A DNA stretch of 63,341 nucleotides, counting the filler, from Folioceros fuciformis (taxonomy: Eukaryota): NCBI GenBank assembly GCA_049999805.1. It is 14 parts of 14 records of this genome, joined end to end, with 100 filler letters (N's around TTAATTAATTAA, not from the genome) between each part and the next. Parts side by side here need not be neighbours in the genome. Positions count along the whole stretch, not along the records: positions 24,571 to 27,238 come from JBNGIO010002719.1; positions 27,339 to 33,596 come from JBNGIO010002720.1; positions 33,697 to 38,863 come from JBNGIO010002721.1; 11 more parts are not named here. The stretch is one strand, 5' to 3'. Both the position numbers and the translations under genes were made by a program. Positions 26,201 through 38,000 of the stretch are shown here, piece by piece. Each line of letters starts with the position of its first letter. Within the stretch, counting starts at the first letter, position 1. A model generated the notes under the pieces. It did not search any database. It was not told the DNA's origin and was given only the letters and a program-made list of their open reading frames with translations.

Positions 26201-27338
26201 TCTGAGCCTGGTTAGCTACGTCTATCGTTCCCCTACAATAGTTAACCCTCCCAACCACGTACCTACCAATCCTGCCACACGTCCAGTTAGTAGGTAGGCA
26301 CGATTCCTTCACTTGGAAGGGCCCTAGTACCTCCCCTACCGATTTCTACCTCCCTACACTCAATACCTTTTCCTCACAAGGCTCCCTACAACACCTTCCT
26401 CTTGTCCAACTCCGAGTTTCCCTACGTTTAAGACTCCCAACCAGACATCACAAGATCCTTTGCGATCGGCAACAGAAATGGCACTCACAGCTCTCCCTTC
26501 TACCAGGATGTCCACAAAGGCTTATGAAAGTTGGTTCTTTAATCGTCACGTAACACTTACAATCCAAAAAACAGCCCAACGAGTTTTTCCTTGGACCAGT
26601 TGTTGCCTGCTTGTGCTTGTTACCGAGAACTTCCAAGGAGTCTTTCCCTGGAGTCTACCCTCAAGGCAACAGTCACACAAGTATTGCCACACACCTACAG
26701 CAACACAACAACTATTCACAAGGGAAGCAACTTGCAGGGGTGCCCATGGAAGAATATGAGCCCTCTTCCAAGCACTTTGACCACTGCAACTCTAGCCACA
26801 ACCATGCACTGTGATGGCACACAGCCGGCAATGAGATTTCTACACTCTGCTGAGCATGAGAACTCGCCATGAGAAGAGTGCAGAATGTGGTGGTTCATTT
26901 CTTTGTGTATCCCCTCCTTATAGGAGAGATCGACACATGAACCCTCTCCTACATGTAGGTGGTGGGCTACCCTTCTCTCACCCTAGGCGCCACCAACTTT
27001 AACTGTACACACCTACCAAGAGGCTAAGTCCTACCAATAATTGCCAAGGCAGTGTGCGCCGATGAAGATTAGGATTGTCGGTGTCGCTATAGAAGATTCG
27101 TTGACGCCCTTTTCAAAAAGGTGTGGCTAGGATGGCTCTTGAAGGGAGGCAGAGTCTGAAGGTTGAGCTACTAGGCCCCCCTCCATTATTGGGATTCGTC
27201 TTCTTTTGGATCCACGAACTTCCACCGTACCTTCCTCTNNNNNNNNNNNNNNNNNNNNNNNNNNNNNNNNNNNNNNNNNNNNTTAATTAATTAANNNNNN
27301 NNNNNNNNNNNNNNNNNNNNNNNNNNNNNNNNNNNNNN

Positions 27339-30300
27339 CGAGTGTGTCTTGGGCTCTAAAGTTTTTTGTTTTTTGAAAGATACGTCTAACAAGCGTATCT
27401 TGGGTTTTTTGAGAGATACGTCTAACAAGCATATCTTGGGTTTTTTGAGAGGGTGTTGGGCTGATGGTGTTCCAGCCGTGGTTTTTTGAGAGGATGTTCG
27501 GCTGATGGTGTTCCAGTTGGGGTTTTTTGAGAGAGAGATTGGTTGTTGTTATTTCAGCCCTAACGGTGAGGTTGTTGTGGTTTGATGGTGTATTTTTCTA
27601 GGAATTTGTATATATACATATTTATATAATATGGTGCAAGATCGCGAACTTTCATATAGGATACCTAAGTTCAATGGTTCTAATTTCTCTTTTTGGAAGT
27701 TTCGTGTTAAGGTTGCTCTTTTAGATGATTGGTCTATTGTTGATGGTATTATTTTGTTTTACCATTTTGAGGATAAACCTCAGTACCATCAACAATAGAC
27801 CAATCATCTAAAAGAGCAACCTTAACACTAAACTTCCAAAAAGAGAGATTAGAACCATTAAACTTAGGTCTCCTATATGAAAGTTCACGATCTTGCACTA
27901 TATTATATATATATATATACAAATTCCTGAAAAAACACACCATCAAACCACAACAACCTCATGAGGCCATTAGGCCTGAAAGAACAACAGCCAATCTCCC
28001 TCTCAAAAAGCCCAGATACGCTTGTTAGACGCATCTCTCAGAAAAAAAAAAAAAACCCTAAACCTAAAAAAAAAAAGAAAAAGGGTCCATTTACTTCTCT
28101 CATTGTTGATTGTCAAGCTTATGGATTGGAGGTGTCTATAAAAATGCAAATTTTCCATTTTCTTTGAGCATTGCCTTCTTTATATGAGGCTTTCAAATTG
28201 TCCTTTAATAATGGTGCTCTGCCTCTTACTATTGAAGCTTTATGAGAGTTATTGCTCATTGAGGAGTTACGACAAAAAAAGATACGATCTGATGCTAGTC
28301 TAGATGAGGCCTTGCTTGGCTATCAAGCAAAAAAAGCAACGTCTTTCTCAAAGTGGGGACTGGCGTCCTTTTGTTTGTAATAATTCTCGTTTTTCTTCTT
28401 CTCAAGCTTCTGTGGTACCGTAGTTTTCAAGATCATTGTCACATCCAACGGGACCTATTATTTGTTTTCGATGTCATCGGTCACGGCATATTGCTCGTTT
28501 TTGTCGTTTTTCTTCGTCTTCTCCTTATCGGAGTAATCTTACTTTTACTGATGCTGTGTCTTATGTTCCACCTACTGGATTTTCTATATCTTCTCCTACT
28601 TCTGAGTTTTCTCTTCTTGCTCTTTTGAGTGCTGGGAGTTTTATTGACAGTGAGTGGTACATTGATTTTGGGGCATCTCAGCATATGACAGGTTGACGGG
28701 ACTTATTTTCTACTTTTCGTTCTCAGTCTGATGGTCAGCAAGTTTATCTTGGTGACAATTCTTCTCATCATATTGCAGGTATTGGTGATATTGGAGTTGT
28801 CTAGTCTGATTGCTCTACTACATATCTCCATGATGTGTTGTATGTTCCTGGTTTACAGAAGAATTTGTTATCAATTTGTTCGATGTGTCAACTTGGTTTG
28901 TCTGTTGAGTTTCATTCTTATTGCTGTACAATTAAACGGCTTTCTACTCAAGATGTTGTTGCTACAGGCCATATTGGTCACACGTTAAGGGTTATTATGC
29001 AGAGTTGTCATTATAGCAATTACGGCATTTCCGCTTGGGTCATGTGCATTCACAGAAAGTTCTTCAAACAGCTCATTACTATGGTTTTTATGTTCCCCCA
29101 TTAAATAACCATTCTATTTGTCCAGGTTGTGTTCTTGGGAAGCATTGCCGTAAAGTGTTTTTAGTTCATCCTAATTCTCGAGCTTCTATGTTATTGGCTC
29201 TTGTTCATTCTGATGTTTGTGGACCTTTTTCTTATACATCTTTTTAGGGTTTTTGCTATTTTGTTAATTTTCTTGATGATTTTTCTTGTCGTGTTCAAGT
29301 TTATTTTTTGCATAACCCCTCAAAGGTTTTTGATAAGTTCAAACTTTTTAAGACCTATTCTAAGCGTTTTACTGGTCACAAACTCAAGGTACTTCGTACA
29401 GATAATGGTGGGGAGTACACCTCACGTGTCTTCGAAGATTATTTATCTCTTTCTGGTAATCAGCATCAAACTAGTGTTCCATATTCTTCTCAACAAAGTG
29501 GACATGTTGAGATTCAAAATAAAATTCTTGTTGGTGTTGCTCGTTGCATGTTATTATCACATGAGTGTGTCTCCTGTGTCTTGGGCTGAGGCTGTTCAAA
29601 CAGCTGCCTATGTTATGAATCGGGTGGTATCTGATATTTTATGTGGTCAAACTCCTGAGGTGTTATGGATTGGGCTTATTCCTCCTTCTTTGGACCTTCG
29701 AGTTTTTGGTTGTGTCACATATGCGCATATTCCCAAAGGAAAGAGATCTAAGCTAGATCAATGAAGTGTTCAATGTATATTTCTTAGCTTTTGTGAGAAT
29801 TCTTCGGGATATCGTTTGTTTGATCCACAAACATGACTGATTATTTTGAGTAAAGATGTTATTTTTTGTGAAAACTTGTCTTGGAAGGATATTATGCAAA
29901 ATTCTCATCAATTGTCAATGGAATCAGCTGATGATTTTGTTTTCCATTAGTTTCCATCTTTATTACTTACATCAGACGATGATTCATATATGTTTGATGA
30001 GGTTTTGGATCCTCTTGGTGTTTAGTCGGAACATAATCCTGTTGTTCATGCTGATTTGGATTCCATCTCTGGAAATTCCACTGACCATGTTTCAGGTGCT
30101 CCTTTATCAACACGTTCATCTCCACATGACAATAAGCTTCTGCCTCAAGTTCCTGGTCCTCAAGTACACATACCTCGTCGTTCTGGATGTTTACGTATTC
30201 CTTCTCGACGACAACTAGAATCTTTGGAGACACAAGATTTTATTGCTCTTCTCTCTGCTCCTTTACCCGAGCCACAATCTTTGGCTGAGGCTTAAGCTTC

Positions 30301-32343
30301 TTTTTCGCGAAGAAAAAAAAATCTAATTATTCACAGTTCCGGCTAGAGGCTCAAGCTTCTTCCGGTTGGCCGCTTTGGGAGAAAGCTTTGCAAGATGAAT
30401 GGGATTCTTTATTGGAGAATAATACGTGGGATACTCGTTCTCTTCCATCAGGTCGAAAACCAGTTAGTTACAAATGGGTTCTCAAAATCAAATACAATGT
30501 TGATGGGACTATAGAACATTACAAAGCCCAGTTGGTTGCCAAGGGCTATTCATAGGTTGAGGATGTTGATTACAAGCAAACTTATTCTCCCGTGGTCAAA
30601 CTACCTTTTGTTCGATTTCTTCTTGCTCTTGCGGCCTATTTTGATCTTGAAATGTGTTAAATGGATGTTAAGACTGTTTTTCTAAATGGAGATTTATATG
30701 GAACAACCGCCGCCATTTAATGATGCTATGCAGTGTTCTATACAACCTGGTTTGCGAAAAAGCATATATGGCTTGAAGCAAGCTCCCCGTGCATGGAACT
30801 TGAAACTACATTCTATTCTTATTGCACATGGTTTTATTCGGAGTGTGGCTGATACGAGTCTATATATCTTGCGTTAGCAAGATTCATATCTTTATATTGG
30901 TGTCTATGTTGATGATCTTATTCTTATCTCTCCTCAGCTCCAACTTTTTCAATGGGTTTTCTCTTTTCTTTCAACTACTTTTGATATGAAGCCTCTTTGT
31001 GCCTTGGGTTATTTTCTTGGTATCCGTCTTGTGAGACTGATCACGTCATCTTATGTGGCTTTCTCATGATAAGTATCTTGAGAATATTTTACAGCACTTT
31101 CATATGCAGGATTCTCATCCTGTTTCTACTCCTCTTGTGCCTTCTTCTTTATCCACTTCCAATCCTAACAATTCTCCTTTACTTTCTTCTAAGAACATTG
31201 AGTCTTATCAAAAGGTTGTTGGCTCCCTTTTGTATGCTTCTTTTCCTCACGTCCTCATTTGATCTCTTTTGTCAACATTTTGTGTCTGCATACTAGTCAA
31301 CCTTCCATGCTTCATTGGCAATGGGCTAAGCCCATTTTAGAATATCTACGGTGCTCTTCCAATTATGGTTTATGTTTTGGTGATTCTTCTGTTATAGCGA
31401 CTGCTCCTTCATGTCTTGTTGGCTATTGCGATTTCGACTGGGCTGGTGATAAGCCACCCCGACGTGCTACTTTAGGATATGCTTTTTGTCTTCAATGCTC
31501 TTATCAGCTGGAGTACTAAGTCACAACCTACTGTTGCTCTGTCCTCTACTGAGGCCAAGTATATGTCTGCTTCTTATGCTACTAAGGAGGCTGTTTGGTT
31601 GCGTTTTCTGTTACAAGAACTTGGTCATCGTCAAACGCTACCTACTGCTTTATATACTGATAGTCAAAGCAGTGTTAAGGTAGCACAAAATCCGGAATTT
31701 CATCAACGTATGAAACATATTGATATTCAACATCATTATATTCGTGAGAAAGTGGAAGAAGGTGTCATTAATCTTCAATATACACCAGCAACTTCCATGG
31801 TTGCATATGGTTTTACCAAGATTCTTCCTACAACCAAGTTTAACCAATTTGTGCAATCTTTGAGGGTGGTCCCTATGCCTAATTCTTGATCTTCTTCTGT
31901 AGTTCAGGCTAGTTATCTAGATGTTTCATGTGTTTTGTCACCCTTGTGATGGCCTCTAAGAATGACTTTTTCCTCTTGATAGATTTTTCCTACAAGGCTT
32001 TTTGCTATCCTTGAGGTTTTTTACTGCCGCTTAGAGTGTTCCCTTGCTTAGTTTAAGGGAGGGAATGATAGTAATAGTAGATTCTGTTATTTGTGATGTT
32101 AGTGGTTACTAATATTATAGGGCTTATGGCAAATCTCAAGGGTTTGTGGACTAGAATGTAGTACTATAATAGTATAGCGGTCTCTCCTAGGGTATATAAA
32201 GGGCCTCCTCTAAGGTTGGAGTTAGTCTTGGTGTGAGTCCCTTGTGGGTCTTGTTGTTGAGCCTCTTGTGAGTCTCTATTGTTGTCTATGTGTTCTTGCT
32301 CTTTTGTTATAAAGCTAAAGTCTATAAAACAAAGTTCTGAACA
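27339..32343 (+). mobile_element. gag-pol: Heavily degenerate Ty1/copia element: 5' UTR repeats, gag-PR-IN-RT-RH, PPT and 3' LTR (~32066-32343)
   Basis: PKFNGSNFSFWK, CFRCHRSRHIARFC, WYIDFGASQHMTG, LVHSDVCGP, RTDNGGEY, YKAQLVAKGY, YGLKQAPRAWN, YVDDLI, TVALSSTEAKY, KHIDIQHHYIRE. PPT AAGGGAGGGAA then TG at 32066, TATA at ~32193. Right end of the LTR is uncertain. Confidence 0.92.
27505..28045. repeat. Inverted duplication (fold-back) of the copia 5' UTR and gag start
   Basis: 27505-27748 pairs with 27784-28012 across a 35-nt spacer. Both strands encode VQDRELSYR.PKFNGSN.SFWKF.VKVALLDDWSIVDG. Confidence 0.93.
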
Positions 32344-32488
32344 TTCCTCACTTAACTTAAAAGATGTTTAATTAGAGTTTTTATTTTTCAAAAAAACAAT
32401 CTATCTCTCAAAACAACATTGGAATGCATATTCCTCACAATACTAATAATAGTCCATCTTCATAACTTTTACACTCTTTAAAGAAGGA

Positions 32489-32995
32489 CTATCTACTAGC
32501 AATAACAATGTCCACTGAACTAGATGTGGTTGGCACATATGCTTCGGTTATGTGAAGAACCTTTCTGTCTAGAGGACAAGTCATTGATATGGACAACCAT
32601 TCATCTATGCATTCTCGATGAAAACAATGAGAACAGTTTGGCAATTTCCTAACCTCTTGCCCGTCCTCCATCACAAGTAGACACATAGAACATTCTTCGT
32701 CACTATTGGCCTGCTTCTCATACAATGTGATTGGAATAATATGCTCCAACGTGTCCACATCTAATTGTTGATACATAGGTTGGGCGTCTTGAGCTTGTTG
32801 TTGAACTATTTGATTATACATGTTTGTTGTTGAATCACTATTATTTGCAATGAATGGAGATGAGAGTGAAGTCCTCATACGATGTACAATATAATAGGCT
32901 AATGTAAATAGGATAACCAACACAATTAGGATAATCCCCTCAATTATCGCAGTTCTATGCACCCCTGAGGCAGGACTTGTATTAATAGAATCCAT
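32489..32995 (-). CDS. ATL-family transmembrane RING-H2 E3 ubiquitin ligase (168 aa, intronless)
   Basis: ATG at 32995. Hydrophobic segment IIEGIILIVLVILFTLAYYIV, GLD-like QLDVDTLEHIIP, RING-H2 CSMC..LPNCSHCFHRECIDEWL...TCPLDR. ORF uninterrupted. Confidence 0.88.
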   Translation of the reverse strand: MDSINTSPASGVHRTAIIEGIILIVLVILFTLAYYIVHRMRTSLSSPFIANNSDSTTNMYNQIVQQQAQDAQPMYQQLDVDTLEHIIPITLYEKQANSDEECSMCLLVMEDGQEVRKLPNCSHCFHRECIDEWLSISMTCPLDRKVLHITEAYVPTTSSSVDIVIASR

Positions 32996-33367
32996 TATAT
33001 AAATCAGTTGTAGGAGATAAGTTATCTCTAGACTACTCAATTTATGTTCTTGAAAATGATCACTAGGTCCCAGAAGGTGGATGTGTTAAACAAGGAAAAT
33101 AATATGTAGTTGTTATGTATATATATTTGATAATTGACAAACATATATAGAACATGGAACATGCAAGTATTGAAATCAAGTATATTTTATAGTTTTTATA
33201 ATAATTTAAGCCCATGCATATGTAGATATCGAGGATGAATTGAACTTATATATAATTATCTATTACATAAACTAGTAGTCTTGATATTATATGAACTAGT
33301 AGTCTTGACATTAATGAAATAGTAGTCTTAATAATAAGATTACTAACCGTTGAGGAGTACACGATTC

Positions 33368-33596
33368 CGGCAGTCTCCTTGCAGAAGGAAACTTCGTGTA
33401 GCAGTCTCCTTGCAGAAGGAAACTTCGTGTACTTCGATGGGAAACTTCGTGTTTCCGGCAGTCTCCTTGCAGAAGGAAACTTCGTGTACTTCGATGGGAA
33501 AGCGGCAGTCTCCTTGCAGAAGGAAACTTCGTGTACTTCGATGGGAAAGCGGCAGTCTCCTTGCAGAAGGAAACTTCGTGTACTTCGATGGGAAAG
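33368..33596 (+). repeat. 47-bp tandem satellite running into the gap
   Basis: Unit CGGCAGTCTCCTTGCAGAAGGAAACTTCGTGTACTTCGATGGGAAAG. Two perfect copies at 33503-33596, with partial or rearranged copies upstream. Confidence 0.95.
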
Positions 33597-33696
33597 NNNN
33601 NNNNNNNNNNNNNNNNNNNNNNNNNNNNNNNNNNNNNNNNTTAATTAATTAANNNNNNNNNNNNNNNNNNNNNNNNNNNNNNNNNNNNNNNNNNNN

Positions 33697-34633
33697 TGAA
33701 GTCAGAGAGAGAGAGAGGCTCCTATAAGATCAGGTGAGCCTGTAGGAGGAGGGAGTCATTCACTTTGGGAGTCAGTCTATCTCTTTGTGAGCTCTTGGAG
33801 GTCCTCTCTTCATGAGCTCTTGTGGTCTGTCCCTGCTTGGTTTTAGGACCTGCAGTGTGTTGCCGGCTGTGCAACGTCTGGTAGGATCGCAAGCCGTGTG
33901 TTGCCGGCTGTACAGTGTCTGGTAGGATCGCAGGCAGCGTGTTGCCGGCTGTACAGTGTCTGGTAGGATCGCGGGCGGCGTGTTGCCGGTTGTATAGTGT
34001 CTGGTAGGATCACAAGGTGTAATGACCAGGGTGTAGGGGCTTGCCCCTAGCTCTTGATTGTAAAGGGTGTGTCTTTCTCTCAACCTGTCCACTCTTGTTC
34101 CTTGCTTGGTCAAGTGTTGTAGGCCGGCCATGTCTCATGGTGTCTGGTAAGGTTGTGGGGAGGAGATACCCAAGAGGGGAGTGTGTTCCCTTCGTCCTTT
34201 TGTTTGGAGTTAGTCTAGTGACTCTTGCCGGGTAGGAGGAGTTAGTAGGGAAGTGTACAAGGTAGTGGTAACGTTGCTGGTTGCTGGTAGTTGCTGGTGT
34301 TGGTGCTGGAGTGAGAGAGTGAGTGAAGTGTGTGAGTGAAGTCGCAGATTTGAGAGGTTAGAGTCGTTGTAGTGACTGGAGTGAGTTTGTGGGCACCTAG
34401 AGAGGTGCAGCTAACCGCCGGACAGCGAGGCCTGTCCTACGCCTAATCGGAGCTGGAGGGGAGCCCTCGAATCCATCATCAAGTCGATCAAGTCCGACCC
34501 TCCATCCACAGCAGCAAGGAACCCCATCGCTCCTTCGTGGGAACGAAACCCAATGTCTCAACGACAGTGGGATAAGTGTGGCCACTAAAGGTGGAACCCG
34601 TCGGCAATCAGTGCCCGGGGTTTTGCCTCCACA
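33697..34633 (+). mobile_element. LTR family A (longest piece), inserted into the DNMT domain of a gypsy element
   Basis: TATA-like CCTATAAGA at 33721, internal 41-bp repeats, and terminus TCCACA at 34633 abutting DNMT codons. Confidence 0.85.
33855..34018 (+). repeat. 41-bp tandem repeat x4 inside LTR-A
   Basis: Unit approximately GYGTGTTGCCGGCTGTACAGTGTCTGGTAGGATCGCAGGCN at 33855, 33896, 33937 and 33978. Confidence 0.95.
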
Positions 34634-35084
34634 CCTGTTGCACATGTGGACGTGAGTCTAGCTGAGCAGCTGTGTTTTCGAAGAGATAAGCACATCGTGG
34701 GTTATCTTGCTGAGCCCATACGAGCAACTGGTGTAAGTCCCGAAAGAGGCCTGAACATGCATCTTCTAAGCCTTGGCCACGGCCTACCCTAGAAAACCCC
34801 TAGCATTCCCAACTAGCGATGACCATGTCCACAGGTCCCAAAGCATGGATGTGGGCCTGTTGGATGTACTGCACATCCTGTGGCCAGGCCGTAAAAACGC
34901 TATGAGTGGCCTCTGGGGGTAGTTGCTGTGGAAAGAGCTGTTGCAGCCCCAGCAGTCTAAAGGCTGCAATGTTCCTAGCTATTGGGTCCTTGTCACAATA
35001 GACATAGCGCAGGATAGTGAGCCCCGTCAACAGCAAAGCCTCCAGCCCGGTGCAAATACCCCCAAACAGCTCTACCACTGTTAG
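34634..35084 (-). pseudogene. C5-cytosine DNA methyltransferase domain (DNMT3-like), motifs I-VI
   Basis: LTVVELFGGICTGLEAL (I), YCDKD (II), QDV (III), DMVIASWEC*GFSRVG..GL.D..SGLF (IV/V), YLFENT (VI). Cut off by LTR-A at 34633. Confidence 0.88.
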
Positions 35085-38000
35085 TTCAGGCTGAGAGGGT
35101 GCCCACGTGATCACAGTGCAGTTCAGCAGGTTGTCCTGTGTGGGATGCGCCAACCCTGTAGCCACAAGGCTCTGGACACGTTGCAATTAAGCCTTGGCAT
35201 TCTGCAAACGTGCAGCCACCTCAGCAGGGTAGTCTGGATGAGCCATGGGTTGAGACAAATTGCTGCCACTGGCAGGTGAGTCCTCATCAGCTGCAGACTC
35301 CAGCTGCCGTTCTACATGGGCAGTGTCCCTCACTAACTCACCCAGGTTGCAAGACTGAATGTCACAAACCATTTGGCAGGCTACAAGCAAGGCCACAACA
35401 GCAACTGTTTTATCATGAAGGTCCACACGGAGCCCCCCCTATCTCCAATAAGGCCTGTAAAAGGCCTGTTCCGTCCAGTTGTCCACGCCAATGCCAGGTG
35501 GGTACAAAAATTCTTGACCCAACAAGACATCATACTTGGTGGTTGTGGTCACAAGACAGGGCAATGACAAGGTCATCTCATCTGGCGTGCCCGGGTTAAG
35601 GGTAATATCCACCGGTTGGATGGTTTCCCCACACACTAGCTCAACTGCCCCGGAAGCAGTTCTGATGTTCCAAGGTGATGTGCAAAGAGCATCACCCTTC
35701 AGATGCAGCCTGGCTGCCAGCACCTTGCCAATTATGACTGGCTGTGCACCTGTGTCAAGCAGCACCACCATGGGTGCATAACCATTCACTGTCACGTGCC
35801 CTGCTCGATTATCAACAATAGTGTTGCTTACCCGAGTGTTGAGCCTGTTGGTGGGCTATACTCGTGGTCTGGTACCAACTTCGCCTGCCACCTGTACACT
35901 GCAGACTCCTTCCAGCAAGCCGGAATGCATTCGTGGCTGCTCCATGGGCTAAAGGCAACTGTCACAGCGTGATGAACTGTCTGGTGGGAGTTCCCACAAT
36001 CGGGCTCATTGCATGTGGCCACAACTTCTAGTGTCTGCATCATTTGCTGTAGCCAGCTGGGTGTAAGTCCAAGCTCCTAGAGAGTGAAGAGGGGGATCTC
36101 CGTGAGCCTCTTAGCCACCTGTTTAGCAGTGACAGCCTGTGGAAGCAAGTACAATTTTTCCGCACGTGATATGCCCTGCCCCCTTTGAGGGGCTGATCCA
36201 CTTGGCTCTGACCTAGATGAAGAATGGCTCTGCCCCCTGATCAAAATGGCAGAACCTGGCGGCAATGGCACATAGGATTGAGGCATCACTGCCCTCACCC
36301 CTCGTTGCCTAGTGATAGGTCCAGTAGCCACTGATGTAATGTCCAGCGTGGTATTTGGGAGCACATGCCCCACCCAGTTGGTTGGCATCACAACACGTCC
36401 CTCTTGGCTGTCACTTGGTGCCTTATCCGCTGTGCAGACCTGATGTGGTAGGCCGTAGTCCTCTCCTTCAGGTACTGCAACAAGTTCTACTGCTATAGCC
36501 GGTTTGGCTCCTCCAACACAAGAGAGATTGGCCACCTGCATAGCCAATGCTGCCAGTTGTGCCTCCAAAGTTGCGACCTTCTCAGCATTGGCAGTATTCT
36601 TGGCCTTGGCCTTGTCACATTGCTGTTTGCTCCGTGAAGGCGCTGCTATTCCAGCTGCAGTAGCTGTAGGTGCCACTGCTGTCCTCCAGCCTCAGCCTTT
36701 GCCTTCTGATACCATCTCTATGGATGTTTGTAGAAGCAAACCGTGACAACATGGCCGTTATTCTAGCAGTGAGTGCAGAACAAACCCTCCGATGGACACT
36801 TGTATGCAGTGGACAAGTGCTCTGGATTGCCACAGTAATTGCATAAGGCTGCTGCAGGTGCTGCTGCTGCTGTAGTAGCTGCTGCCCCTGCCTTGGCTGG
36901 CTTAGCTGGCCTTGCCCTTAAGGAAGCTCCCCCATGTGTGGTTGACCCCTTGTTGGTGAACATGGATTGGTAGTGATGGAAGGACTTGGCATGCTTGGAG
37001 GAGAACACCGAGTAGGCGATCTCCTTCTTCTCCGCCTCTTCATGCACTGGCTCCAAGGTGTACTTATCATCATATTTGTCGACCAAGGAGGACACAAGCT
37101 GGAAGTGAAAAAGAGAATCACCCTCCAGGGCAACTAAGAACTTCTCCGCTGCCTCCTGATTCGTCAACATGCCAATACCCTCACGTAGCTTTTGCAGCCT
37201 ACGGAAGCACATCTGGACTGTCTCCCCTTTCTTCCTCGCAAAAGTAGCCAACTCAGTGATTTTCTCCGGAGTTTTGAGGGGAAAGGCCTTTTCCAAAATC
37301 CTTAGAAACTCCTCCACGAGGTTGGCATGCTTGGGAGTCTGGATGAACTCATCAATCCCCTGCGTTGCTGTTGTCCTCTCCGCTGGGGTGAGGGGGCTCA
37401 CCACTGTAGGAGGCTGCACGGTGGCAGCAACAATGCCATTAGCAATGGCCTGTTGATGAGCTGTAATGGCGGCCTACAACTTGGCATTATAGGCTAGCTG
37501 CAGCGCCCCCTGGTGCAAAGGGTTCAAGGTATGCACCGTGGCAGTCAAATCTGCTTGGTGAGCCTCGTACAAATCCAATGCCTCATCAGCCATGTAGGCA
37601 GACAACTGTTCGAATATGTATAGGTGATTGTACAACGCAGCGTGCTTGAACTTCACCCGGCTGATTGCCTCACTCACACGTAGGCGGAAATCTCTCAACG
37701 ACATAGTCCTAGGCCTGCCTGAGAATTTTTCGTGCCTACTTGATGGTACTGACTCCATGGTATCAGATCCCTCCGAGAGGTCAGCTTTAGTCTGTCCTCC
37801 TTGTGCTATTGAAATCACCAATGAATGGTCAGCACCCTGGCCTCCACTATCCTGCCTCAAGTCACCAAAATCTTTTGCAACTGGATCGGGGGCCCGGTTA
37901 GCAAAAGGGGACCAACTTGTGCCTGCAGCAGGTTGTAGCTGCTCAGCACCAGGATCTGCTCCTGCTGGGTCTCCTCCTAGAGACAGCCGTTGCCGTTGCC

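Noticed and set aside
33368-34018. 47-bp and 41-bp repeats as a CRISPR array
   Set aside because: Head-to-tail units with no unique spacers, no cas genes, and a eukaryotic TE context.
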